Positions 1 through 10,742 of a DNA stretch of 64,000 nt are shown piece by piece. This stretch comes from Terriglobia bacterium (lineage in GTDB: Bacteria; Acidobacteriota; Terriglobia; 20CM-2-55-15): NCBI GenBank assembly GCA_965198225.1, contig CBDAOY010000009.1, positions 1,216,001 to 1,280,000 of the forward strand, written 5' to 3'. How positions within the stretch are numbered: the first letter of the stretch is position 1; each line of letters begins with the position of its first letter. Both the position numbers and the translations under genes were made by a program. Under the pieces are notes generated by a model. The model worked only from the letters and a program-made list of their open reading frames with translations, had not been told where the DNA came from and did not search any database.

Positions 1-343
1 CCTCGGCGGCGCCGTAGGTTTGCATGTAGTTTGGAAGGACGAACACAGCCTCATCGCCGGGCTCGATCAGACTCGACATCGAGTGAAAATTCGCTTCGCA
101 ACCGCCGATCGTGGCGACGAAGTTGTCGATCGTCGCGCCGTCGTAGAGCTCGCACGCCAGCTCGCGGAAGCGGATGCTGCCGTTGGTCTGCCCGTAGCCG
201 AGCCGTTGATTCAGCAGTTCGTCGCCCGAGAAACCCAGCTCTGCCGGGGTGACGGGGTGCACACCGCTTTCGGTAAGGTTGTATTCGACCGTGTTCTCCC
301 AGGTCGATTGCCACCGTTCCATCTCGAAATCGCGAAACTTCAT
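1..343 (-). CDS. PLP-dependent aminotransferase class I/II, N-terminal part (runs off the window)
   Basis: Manual translation from ATG at 343: MKFRDFEMERWQSTWENTVEYNLTESGVHP...LGYGQTNGSIRFRE...GGCEANF...EPGDEAVFVLPNYMQ, typical of the AspC-like family. Not in the ORF track because it is truncated. Confidence 0.85.
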   Translation of the reverse strand, partial: MKFRDFEMERWQSTWENTVEYNLTESGVHPVTPAELGFSGDELLNQRLGYGQTNGSIRFRELACELYDGATIDNFVATIGGCEANFHSMSSLIEPGDEAVFVLPNYMQTYGAAE

Positions 344-418
344 GTAGTCTCCATCACAGAAAAAAAGTCCGACAAGCGTAGCATAGGTCGTGAGAGCGCG
401 GCCGGACCCGAAAGCGGC

Positions 419-454
419 GGTAGTGTCCCAGTTTATCCAAACCGAGACACTACC
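419..454. repeat. 16-bp inverted repeat with a 4-nt loop (GTAG-initiated hairpin)
   Basis: ggtagtgtcccagttt-atcc-aaaccgagacactacc; 2 mismatches, in the divergent intergenic region. Confidence 0.6.
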
Positions 455-545
455 AAAGCGGCCGATGAGACCCTGCGGAGACTTGCAAACCCGGCCAATC
501 GGGATATGTTACCTTATTGGATTCTTTTGCCTCGTGAGGTGAATC

Positions 546-1457
546 ATGCGAAACGTCATCATCATCGGATCTGGCCCGGCGGGCCTGACCGCTGCCGTCT
601 ACGCCGCCCGGGCGAACCTGGAACCGCTGCTGATAGAGGGCGCCGAGCCAGGAGGACAGTTGACGCTGACGACGATGGTCGAAAACTACCCTGGTTTCCC
701 GGAAGGCATCATGGGGCCGCAGTTGATGGAAGACATGAAGAAGCAGGCCCGGCGATTCGGTGCCGAGATCATGTCCGGTTACGTCGATAGGGTCGAGCTC
801 GGAGAGCCGCCGTTCAAGGTCTTCGTGGACGACCAGGAATTCGAAGGGGAGACCGTCATCATCTCCACGGGTTCATCGGCCAAGCTTCTCGGGCTGGGTA
901 ACGAGCGCCGCTTGATGGGCCACGGTGTCTCCACCTGCGCCACGTGCGACGGCTTCTTCTTCCGCGCAAAGAAGATCGCGGTCGTCGGGGGCGGGGACTC
1001 GGCGATGGAAGAGGCGACGTTCCTGACCAAGTTCGCCACCGATGTTGCGCTGATCCACCGTCGCGACGAGTTTCGGGCTTCGAAGATCATGCAGGACCGT
1101 GCCCTCGCCAACCCGAAGATCAACGTCCGCTACAACACGATCGTCCAGGATGTCCTGGGCGACGAGGCCGTGTCCGGCATCAGGGTCCAGGATTTGAAAG
1201 AGGATACGACGTCGGAACTCGAACTGGACGGGGTGTTCATTGCCATCGGGCACAACCCGAATACCGGCATCTTCGAGGGCCAGATCGACCTGGACGAAAA
1301 AGGTTATGTCCTGACCAAGCCCGATTCAACCGCGACGAATGTGCCCGGCGTCTATGCCTGCGGTGACGTACAGGACCCCGTCTTCAAGCAGGCGGTCACA
1401 GCTGCGGGATCGGGATGTATGGCCGCCATGGAGGCTGAGAAGTTCCTCGAACACTAA
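546..1457 (+). CDS. trxB: Thioredoxin-disulfide reductase
   Basis: GSGPAG FAD motif, CATCD redox motif, GGGDSA NADPH motif, GD...QAVTAAGSG. Confidence 0.97.
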   Translation: MRNVIIIGSGPAGLTAAVYAARANLEPLLIEGAEPGGQLTLTTMVENYPGFPEGIMGPQLMEDMKKQARRFGAEIMSGYVDRVELGEPPFKVFVDDQEFEGETVIISTGSSAKLLGLGNERRLMGHGVSTCATCDGFFFRAKKIAVVGGGDSAMEEATFLTKFATDVALIHRRDEFRASKIMQDRALANPKINVRYNTIVQDVLGDEAVSGIRVQDLKEDTTSELELDGVFIAIGHNPNTGIFEGQIDLDEKGYVLTKPDSTATNVPGVYACGDVQDPVFKQAVTAAGSGCMAAMEAEKFLEH

Positions 1458-1856
1458 ATGGAACAGGAAGAACGCATCTTTAGCCGCGACGAAGCCAACC
1501 AGATGTTGCCGCGACTCCGGCCGCTGCTCGCTGAGCTGCGGGGGGAATGGCTCCGGATCCAGGAGCTGAACCCGGAGATCCAGAAGCTGCGCGAGAAGAT
1601 CTCGATGGATGCCTACAGCCCCCACGGCGTCGAGTATGTCGAGCTGGTTTCTCGCCTGACCCTCCTCATGGAGCAGATCCGCGACCTGGGCGTTTTCGTC
1701 AAGGACGTCGACAAGGGGTTGTGCGATTTTCCCTACCGGATGAAGGATCGCATCGTCTACCTATGCTGGCAGGTGGGAGAGGACTCCATCGAGTACTGGC
1801 ATGACATCGAAGCCGGGTTCGCCGGCCGCGAACCGCTGCGCGACGAGGATTGTTGA
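1458..1856 (+). CDS. DUF2203 family protein
   Basis: FSRDEAN.LP N-terminus and VKDVDKGLCDFP...VYLCWQVGE..I.YWH....GFAGR pattern; abuts the trxB stop (TAAATG). Confidence 0.85.
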   Translation: MEQEERIFSRDEANQMLPRLRPLLAELRGEWLRIQELNPEIQKLREKISMDAYSPHGVEYVELVSRLTLLMEQIRDLGVFVKDVDKGLCDFPYRMKDRIVYLCWQVGEDSIEYWHDIEAGFAGREPLRDEDC

Positions 1857-1899
1857 GACTGAACCCCGATTTCGTTCTGTTGAACGCCGATTGCTTTCC

Positions 1900-2271
1900 A
1901 TGAGTTCAACGCCAGACAAGATCTGCATTTCCGGTATCGATTGCGTCGCCGCCATCGGAGTGACCCCGGAGGAGCGCACCATGAAACAGCGCCTTTCCGT
2001 CGATGTCGAGTTGATGACCGACATCCGGAAGGCGGCCGGGAGCGACCGGCTCAAGGACGCGTTGGACTACTCAAAGATCGTGGCGGACGTCGTGGCGATC
2101 GCGGCAAGCCGGGACTTTCATCTGATCGAAACAGTGGCCGAAGAAATCGCGGCCCGGGTGCTGTCCGATTTCGATACAGACAGCGTCCGCGTCGTCGTAC
2201 GGAAAACGACTCCGGTCATGGCCAGCCGCGTCAATTTTGTGTCAGTCGAAATCGAACGTAGCAAGGTCTGA
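1900..2271 (+). CDS. folB: Dihydroneopterin aldolase
   Basis: DKI.I.GI.....IGV..EER...Q...VDV, D.L....DYS, LIETVAE, V.VRK, VSVEIER; start set at ATG 1900. Confidence 0.92.
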   Translation: MSSTPDKICISGIDCVAAIGVTPEERTMKQRLSVDVELMTDIRKAAGSDRLKDALDYSKIVADVVAIAASRDFHLIETVAEEIAARVLSDFDTDSVRVVVRKTTPVMASRVNFVSVEIERSKV

Positions 2272-2322
2272 CACAAAAGAGGCTAAATAATTCGGAAGAA
2301 AACACTTCTCAGAATATTTCTG

Positions 2323-2352
2323 TTGAAGACTCTGAAAAATCTGCGCTATGCT
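2323..2352 (+). promoter_or_regulatory. Putative sigma70 promoter of the radical SAM gene
   Basis: TTGAAG-18 nt-TATGCT in an AT-rich patch, about 190 nt upstream of an AGGAGG-TTG start. Confidence 0.4.
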
Positions 2353-2547
2353 ACGGGCGCTTTATGACACTCTGGCAAAGTGTATCTGCCGGGGTTTTCT
2401 TGGGTTTAATTCTTTAGAGTTACTCCACAGCGCCCGCGAGGTTCAGCGGCCAGCGGCCGATCAGGCCGCGGCGCAGAGAGAACGCTCCTTTTCCACAAGA
2501 AGCAACACAGGCAACAGGAAAAGGCACAACTGTACTAGGAGGCACTT

Positions 2548-4689
2548 TTGGCTACCTTGAATCAGGCGACGGTTTCGAACGGAACCGACGGTCGCGAGCA
2601 GTTTAAGGTTCCGATCGGTAAGCGTGCGATGAAGTTTGTTGACGCCGCTGTGTGCTACAGCGCGGGCGTCGCCTTCGACACGATTCAATACTTCAACAAA
2701 TACAATCCGACCCCTGCTTTCACGCCAAAGTGGTCGGAGAAGCCACTCCAGAAGTCCTGGCAGAAGACTAAGCCGACGCTCGGCTGGCCCCGGGAGACCG
2801 ACTCGCTGTGTCCGAAGTGTGTCACCGAAGCTCGGGCCGCCATCATCAACGGCGAGCAGGATTGGACGACGCTGCTGCACGAGAAGGTCGGTGAGGTGAA
2901 AGCCGACATCATCGAGCGAGACGGCCAGGTGTGGATGGTCAAGGATTGTCCCCAGCACGGCAAGACCGAAGACCTCATGGCGATCGATGTCCGGTTCCTC
3001 GAGTGGATCGAGAAGAACTTCCCCGGACGCGACATCCCGGCCCACAACGACGAAACTCTGCACAACCACGGCAGCAGCACGGTCAAGCATGGGCGCGGCA
3101 GCGTGTTGACGGTCGATCTGACGAACCGCTGCAACATGATGTGTGATCCGTGCTTCATGGATGCCAATCAGGTGGGGTACGTCCACGAACTGACCTGGGA
3201 CGACATCAAAGAGATCATGGACAACGCGATGCAGATCAAGCCGCGGCGCCAGATGTCGATCCAGTTCTCCGGCGGCGAGCCCACGATGTCTCCCTTCTTC
3301 CTGGATGCGGTGGCGTACGCCAGGAAACTCGGCTTTGCCAGCACTCAGGCGGCGACGAATGGTATCGAGTTCGCCAAGAGTGGGGAGTTCGCCAAGAAAG
3401 CGTATAAAGCCGGTCTCCGTTACGCCTACCTGCAGTTCGACGGAATTGGCAACGACGCCAACAGCCATCGGCAAGTCGGAAACCTGTTCGATGTGAAACT
3501 GCGCGCGATCAATAACCTGCACGCCGCGGGCGTCGAGATCATACTCGTCGTCACGCTCGTTAACGGCGTCAACAACGATCAGGTGGGTTCGATCCTGCGG
3601 TTTGCGATGGACAACCCGAAGAAGATCGCGTTCATCGCGTTCCAGCCGGTTTCCTTCACGGGCCGCGACGAAGAAATCACGCCGGAACGACGCTTGCGGC
3701 AGCGCTACACGTTGTCGCATCTGGCCCACGATGTGAAGCAGCAGGTCGGCATCACCGAGCCGACTCGCGACTGGTTCCCCCTTTCTTTGATGGGCGCTTT
3801 CGCCGATTTTGCCGACCTCTCACATGGTCCGGGTCGGGAATGGGGTCAGGTCAGCTGCGGATGCCATCCCAACTGTGGCGTCGGCACTGCGCTGATGATC
3901 AACAAGGAAACCAAGGAAATGGTCCCGGTGCCGGAGTTCCTGAGCATCCCGGGTCTCGTTGACGACATGCGGAAAGTCACCGACGCGGGACGCACCAAGT
4001 GGGTCTCGAACGCCATGATGGGACTGGCGCTGCTGAAGAACTACAACCCGCACCGGGCGCCGAGCACGATGACCTTGGCGGACCTGTTCAAGAAGTTCGA
4101 CAAATCATTCGGCTTGACGGGCAAGAGCTACGGCAAGATTACCAGCGATCGGAGCTTGCAGGACACGCAGCAGCGGCGGGCCGACCCGTGGAACTTCCTC
4201 TTTGTTGCCGGGATGTGGTTCCAGGATCTGTTCAACTATGATTTCCGCCGGACCGAGATGTGCATCATTCCCTATGCGACACAGATGGGTGAGATTTCTT
4301 TCTGTGCCTACAACACGGGCATCGGCTGGCGGAACATTATCGAGAACATGTTCAAGACCCACACCGTTGCCGAGTGGCACCGCGAGAACGGCAAACACGG
4401 CGTCTACGCGGCCGGCAAGGAAGTCGAACTGGAGACGACCGAGCACAGCCTGGTGATCCGGGCCGAGGATGCCGACCGCGTCCGCAACCGCGGTGAACTT
4501 CCGCTGACGGCATCCGACGAAGGGAAAATGGCTCGGAAGCGCCAGCGCGAAGCGGAGAAAGCGCAGGAGATCTACGAAGAGATGGTCCTCGGCAAGAAGA
4601 AGAGCAAGGTGGACCTGATCAAACTCGAAGTGTTTTCCCGACGCGAGGATGAGAAGGAGAAGGAAATGTCGGCGGCGGCCGGCGATTGA
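2548..4689 (+). CDS. tes: Radical SAM protein, tetraether lipid synthase (Tes/GDGT-MAS, MJ0619 family) homolog
   Basis: N-terminal rubredoxin-like TDSLCPKC...KDCPQHG; CX3CX2C in TNRCNMMCDPC; FSGGEPT; YLQFDG; CGCHPNCG and MCIIPY...ISFCAYN auxiliary-cluster motifs; GMWFQD.FNYD; AGGAGG RBS before TTG. Confidence 0.82.
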   Translation: MATLNQATVSNGTDGREQFKVPIGKRAMKFVDAAVCYSAGVAFDTIQYFNKYNPTPAFTPKWSEKPLQKSWQKTKPTLGWPRETDSLCPKCVTEARAAIINGEQDWTTLLHEKVGEVKADIIERDGQVWMVKDCPQHGKTEDLMAIDVRFLEWIEKNFPGRDIPAHNDETLHNHGSSTVKHGRGSVLTVDLTNRCNMMCDPCFMDANQVGYVHELTWDDIKEIMDNAMQIKPRRQMSIQFSGGEPTMSPFFLDAVAYARKLGFASTQAATNGIEFAKSGEFAKKAYKAGLRYAYLQFDGIGNDANSHRQVGNLFDVKLRAINNLHAAGVEIILVVTLVNGVNNDQVGSILRFAMDNPKKIAFIAFQPVSFTGRDEEITPERRLRQRYTLSHLAHDVKQQVGITEPTRDWFPLSLMGAFADFADLSHGPGREWGQVSCGCHPNCGVGTALMINKETKEMVPVPEFLSIPGLVDDMRKVTDAGRTKWVSNAMMGLALLKNYNPHRAPSTMTLADLFKKFDKSFGLTGKSYGKITSDRSLQDTQQRRADPWNFLFVAGMWFQDLFNYDFRRTEMCIIPYATQMGEISFCAYNTGIGWRNIIENMFKTHTVAEWHRENGKHGVYAAGKEVELETTEHSLVIRAEDADRVRNRGELPLTASDEGKMARKRQREAEKAQEIYEEMVLGKKKSKVDLIKLEVFSRREDEKEKEMSAAAGD

Positions 4690-4716
4690 GGCCCACGCGA
4701 TAGCTATTCCTTAACG

Positions 4717-4746
4717 AGGGCGGCCCACACGGGCCGCCCTTCTTTT
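4717..4746 (+). terminator. Rho-independent terminator after tes
   Basis: agggcggccc-acac-gggccgccct followed by tctttt. Confidence 0.85.
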
Positions 4747-4781
4747 GATTGAGGCACTAGTCGCGGGATTTTATTTTGCGT

Positions 4782-4976
4782 TGTCCGTAGGCCGTTGTGG
4801 TTTCGCTTTGCGAAGTTTGGCTGGTGACTGGCGAGGGAGAGTCGCACGGAGAAAAGAGACATGTGTCGCCAGTCACGAACCAATCCTCGCGCCGTAACAA
4901 CTCAACGGCCTACTGGCCTCGCCTCGCCGGTCACCCATGATTTGTCGTTGAGCGAAACCGCAACGGCCTACGGACA
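4782..4976. mobile_element. MITE-like element A (195 bp, 26-bp TIRs, TGT...ACA ends)
   Basis: tgtccgtaggccgttgtggtttcgct (4782-4807) pairs with agcgaaaccgcaacggcctacggaca (4951-4976), 1 mismatch; internal IR gtgactggcga/tcgccagtcac. Confidence 0.7.
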
Positions 4977-5042
4977 GTCAAAGCGGTCCATTGCGTCTTT
5001 GCGGTGAAAATATCTCTTCGCGGGGCGTGGTTCGTATGGCCC

Positions 5043-5552
5043 CTACAGGCCGAGGGTTTTCTTTCCCTCTTCGGAGATCCGTTGGGGGGTCCAGGGCGGG
5101 TCCCACACGATCTCGACCTTGGGAGTGGGGAAGCCGGCGGCTTCGAGCTTCGTCTGGACATCGCTGCTGATCGCTCCGCTGGAGGGGCAGCCCGGCGCGG
5201 TCAAAGACATCTTCACGTTGGTGGTGTCTTCTCGCGAGTCGACCTCGTAGATAAGGCCCAGGTCGACGATGTTCAAGGGGATCTCCGGGTCGTAGCATTC
5301 CTTGAGCACTTCCATGATGAGTTCCTTGTCACTCAGGTGCGCAAGCCCCGGATCTCGTGACTGCTCTACCAGTTTCGCGAGCGACGGTTCTTCCTCGGAA
5401 GACACTCCCGAAGGCGGTATCGGTTGCTGGGCGAGGTCGACCTCCGGTTCTTCGGCGGCGAAAGACGCGGTCACACTCGCCTGTCTTCGGTTGGCGTAGA
5501 TCAGACCGATGACGATCACGAGCGGGACGATGATGAGCAGGTATGTGAGCAA
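5043..5552 (-). CDS. DUF59/SufT-like Fe-S cluster assembly factor with an N-terminal membrane anchor
   Basis: CYDPEIPLNIVDLGLIY, MSLTAPGCP, VWDPPWTP motifs; hydrophobic N-terminal helix. Confidence 0.88.
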   Translation of the reverse strand: MLTYLLIIVPLVIVIGLIYANRRQASVTASFAAEEPEVDLAQQPIPPSGVSSEEEPSLAKLVEQSRDPGLAHLSDKELIMEVLKECYDPEIPLNIVDLGLIYEVDSREDTTNVKMSLTAPGCPSSGAISSDVQTKLEAAGFPTPKVEIVWDPPWTPQRISEEGKKTLGL

Positions 5553-5791
5553 ATTCCCTCCGGACGTGTCCGACCCCTTCCTAAGGGAGGGATCTCAAGC
5601 CAACTGTTACGTATCGAACGACGTTTGTCAACTCGGCCAACCTCGTGATTCAAGTTGAAATTGCTACTTCATGGGTCCCGAACCACGCCCGAAACCCTCC
5701 CTCCTCTTGAGCCCATCGTTCCGGGAATTTTGCTATAATGCGCTGTTGGCCAGCAACAAGCGAGTAACCTTAAGAGGAGAGGTTAAGACAT

Positions 5792-6289
5792 ATGGCTTCC
5801 GTCCCCGTGAAAGCTCTGGACCAGCCCGCCTTAGAAATCGCATCAGGGCCATATAGAGTTGCCAGCACGACCATGAAGGTCCAAACCGAGGATCGGGTGG
5901 AACTGCACGACCTGACCCAGAAAGTCCAGGACTTAGTCCGTTCTTCGGGAGTGCGTGCCGGACAGGTGATCGTTGCGTCCATGCACACAACGAGCGCTAT
6001 ATTCATCAACGAATGGCAGGACGCGTTGCTGTTCGACATTCGAAACCACATCGAGAGCACCGTGAACCGGGAAGGCTACTACCGACACAACGACCCCGAA
6101 TGGTCCGACTGCGATCGGAACAACGCGGATTCCCACCTCAGGACACTCGCGCTCGGGACCCAGGTGACGCTGCCCGTCGCGGACGGGGACGTGGTTCTCG
6201 GAGAGTTTCAGAGTGTGATCATGGGAGAACTCGACGGACCCCGCGAGAGGATCATCCGACTCCAGGTCATGGGAATCGGGGACGGATAA
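5792..6289 (+). CDS. YjbQ/UPF0047 secondary thiamine-phosphate synthase family
   Basis: HTTSAIFINE, YRHND, NADSHLR, LGEFQSV..GELDGPRER; AGGAGAGG RBS. Confidence 0.9.
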   Translation: MASVPVKALDQPALEIASGPYRVASTTMKVQTEDRVELHDLTQKVQDLVRSSGVRAGQVIVASMHTTSAIFINEWQDALLFDIRNHIESTVNREGYYRHNDPEWSDCDRNNADSHLRTLALGTQVTLPVADGDVVLGEFQSVIMGELDGPRERIIRLQVMGIGDG

Positions 6290-6313
6290 AGGGGTCGAGG
6301 AGGAGAGGGCAAG

Positions 6314-6661
6314 ATGACAACTTCAGTGACGAAGACAATTTCGATGACCAGTCAGGCAGAGGAAAAGGTCAAGCAGATACTCGCCGAGCAATCGGAAACG
6401 TTCGCGGGTTTGCGGATCCAGGTCGTCGGTGGCGGGTGTTCCGGGTATCAGTACCGGATGGGCTTCGACAAGAGTTTCAACGAAGAGACAGACGAGATCT
6501 TTGATTTCGACGGATTCCAAGTAGGAGTCGACCGCTCGAGCCTGCTGCATATGGAAGGAGCAGAAGTCGATTATGTCGAAGGGCTCCACGGGGCCGGGTT
6601 CAAGTTCAACAATCCGAACGTGACGGGGACCTGCGGTTGCGGAGAGTCGTTCAGCACCTAG
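6314..6661 (+). CDS. A-type Fe-S carrier (IscA/ErpA, HesB family)
   Basis: GGGCSGYQY and F.NPN..GTCGCGESF. Confidence 0.95.
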   Translation: MTTSVTKTISMTSQAEEKVKQILAEQSETFAGLRIQVVGGGCSGYQYRMGFDKSFNEETDEIFDFDGFQVGVDRSSLLHMEGAEVDYVEGLHGAGFKFNNPNVTGTCGCGESFST

Positions 6662-6681
6662 GGCAAGTTGTTGGTACAACA

Positions 6682-6722
6682 GGGCTTCGCGTGAGAGAAC
6701 TTCCCCGCGAGGCCTTTTGTTT
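6682..6722 (+). terminator. Putative terminator after the IscA/ErpA gene
   Basis: ggcttcgcg...cgcgaggcc stem followed by ttttgttt. Confidence 0.55.
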
Positions 6723-6794
6723 CCTGCGCCGCGCGAAGACAAATTGACCCTTGTCTTCGCCGGGGAATCGAGCAATCATCGCTACTATCAAGAT

Positions 6795-8844
<2,050 letters not shown>

Positions 8845-8847
8845 CCT

Positions 8848-8872
8848 GTGTAGGTGCGGTCTATGACCGCAC
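8848..8872 (+). repeat. GTAG-type REP (family 1)
   Basis: GTGTAG-GTGCGGTC-TAT-GACCGCAC. Confidence 0.9.
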
Positions 8873-8880
8873 ATTCGCCT

Positions 8881-9642
8881 TTACACGCAGTACGCGTGCA
8901 TCCAGGTGGGGATTCCCACCGTCACCTTGTAGCCGTTGAAGGGGACCGGTCCTTCTCGTCTTACGGCGTAGATGGGCGTGGAAGTGATCGGGTCCAACAA
9001 CGGATACACCGCCAGTTCGCAATCGCAGCCGCGCGGGCAGTTTGCCATTCCGCACACGAGGCGGGCCATGAAAGCGTACTGCTTCCACCAACGAGTCCAC
9101 GCGGCTTGAACAGCCTGCCGAACCGGTGGACCAAAGATAGTCGAAATGGGAAAACGATTTCGGCTGCTCGCGTAGGTCACCCAATAGAGTGTCGCACGTC
9201 TCATACGGGGACATCCGGGCCCAGGTCGGGGCGCCTGAAAGAAGTGCGGCACCGGGATCATGGGAGGTAGCGGCGCAGCGGCTCCCGGGGCCGGCTCGGG
9301 CTCGCCGGCCGGCGGCGCGCCGGTTCCGGGCGGCGGGGCCGAGCCCGACCCGTCGCTCGCGGGGGTGGACCCACCCGACCCCGGTGGTTCGGGTTCGTCC
9401 GCGTCATCCTGTTCCCGCCTCATGGCGATAGCCCCGATGAAGTCCCCGTCGCCGGAATCACGGAGGATCTTCAGCCCACTTCCCGGAAACTCCAGCATCT
9501 CGATATCGGAGCCCGGCGCCGAGATGTCAGGAGAACCATATTTTTCGGTCAAGAAACGCACGATGGAGGGAAACTCCCCGTCTGGAACGTCGTCGGGCAG
9601 TATGAAGGTTCGCAGGTGATCGATGTAAGGAACGTCGTCCAT
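8881..9642 (-). CDS. Hypothetical protein (acidic N-domain, Pro/Gly linker, Cys-rich C-domain)
   Basis: 253-aa ORF filling the gap between two REPs; no family recognised. Confidence 0.6.
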   Translation of the reverse strand: MDDVPYIDHLRTFILPDDVPDGEFPSIVRFLTEKYGSPDISAPGSDIEMLEFPGSGLKILRDSGDGDFIGAIAMRREQDDADEPEPPGSGGSTPASDGSGSAPPPGTGAPPAGEPEPAPGAAAPLPPMIPVPHFFQAPRPGPGCPRMRRATLYWVTYASSRNRFPISTIFGPPVRQAVQAAWTRWWKQYAFMARLVCGMANCPRGCDCELAVYPLLDPITSTPIYAVRREGPVPFNGYKVTVGIPTWMHAYCV

Positions 9643-9720
9643 GATCCGGAGAGTCTAATCGGGCCGAGCGGAAAACGGAAGGGGTATGGCTAGGCGCCGC
9701 GCCTGACCCCAAGGGGCAAG

Positions 9721-9790
9721 GTGTAGGTGCGGTCTATGACCGCACTTTGTTCTGACCAGCGGTAGGTGCGCTCATAGAGCGCACCTACAC
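9721..9790. repeat. REP doublet (family 1)
   Basis: GTGTAGGTGCGGTCTATGACCGCAC (9721-9745) and GTAGGTGCGCTCATAGAGCGCACCTACAC (9762-9790). Confidence 0.9.
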
Positions 9791-9803
9791 TGACTACTGA
9801 CTA

Positions 9804-10721
9804 CTATTTCAGGTCTATGACGAGTTCCGGTTCGGAGATCATCACTCGTGTGTGTGGCGGGACTGATCGGGTCAGCCAGACGTTGCCGCCGATGATCGAG
9901 GCTTCTCCGATGACCGTGTCGCCCCCGAGGATCGTCGCACCCGAATAGATCACGACGTCGTCTTCGATCGTCGGATGGCGTTTCTGCCCCCGCACCAGCT
10001 GGCCCTCCTCATCCTTGGCGAAGCTCAGAGCGCCGAGCGTCACTCCCTGGTAGAGTTTGACGCGATCCCCGATGATCGTCGTTTCGCCGATGACGACACC
10101 CGTCCCATGATCGATGAAGAACGCCTTGCCGATGCGGGCTCCGGGATGGATGTCGATTCCCGTCTTCGAGTGAGCGTACTCGGTCATGATCCTCGGCAAC
10201 AGCGGCACGCCGTTCGTATGGAGTTCGTGGGCGATGCGGTAGACGCTGATCGTGTAGATCGCCGGGTAGGCGAAGATCACTTCATCGGTGCCCTTGGCCG
10301 CTGGATCCCCCTCATATGCCGACTGCACATCCTCGGACAGCTGACTCCGCAGGTCGGGCATTCGACGGAGCAGCGCCAGGGACTGGTCCTCGGCGATCTC
10401 GTAGCAGTGTGCGCAGATCGTTTCGCAAAGGTCGCAGTCGGGCCGCACGCTGCGGTAGATCTCCTCCGTGAGTCGCGTGTAGATCGAGTCCATGAGGTCG
10501 CCGACGTGGTACTCGACGTTGGATTCCTCCAGATGCTTGCTGCCGAAGTATCCGGGATAAATCACTTCGAGGATGTCGTCGAGGATCTGGATGACCGAAG
10601 CTTTGTCCGGGAGGGGGGTGACTTCCAGGTGCTGGAGTTTTGGCTCCAGCTTCCCGTAGGTCCGGAGCACGTCACGGGTGATGTCGCGGATTTCGTCCCG
10701 CTTCTTGAGGTGTTCGCGCAC
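9804..10721 (-). CDS. cysE: Serine O-acetyltransferase (EpsC/CysE type)
   Basis: [45 protein letters not shown] hexapeptide repeats. Confidence 0.93.
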   Translation of the reverse strand: MREHLKKRDEIRDITRDVLRTYGKLEPKLQHLEVTPLPDKASVIQILDDILEVIYPGYFGSKHLEESNVEYHVGDLMDSIYTRLTEEIYRSVRPDCDLCETICAHCYEIAEDQSLALLRRMPDLRSQLSEDVQSAYEGDPAAKGTDEVIFAYPAIYTISVYRIAHELHTNGVPLLPRIMTEYAHSKTGIDIHPGARIGKAFFIDHGTGVVIGETTIIGDRVKLYQGVTLGALSFAKDEEGQLVRGQKRHPTIEDDVVIYSGATILGGDTVIGEASIIGGNVWLTRSVPPHTRVMISEPELVIDLK

Positions 10722-10742
10722 TGGGTGGCTTTCTTCGGGCTG

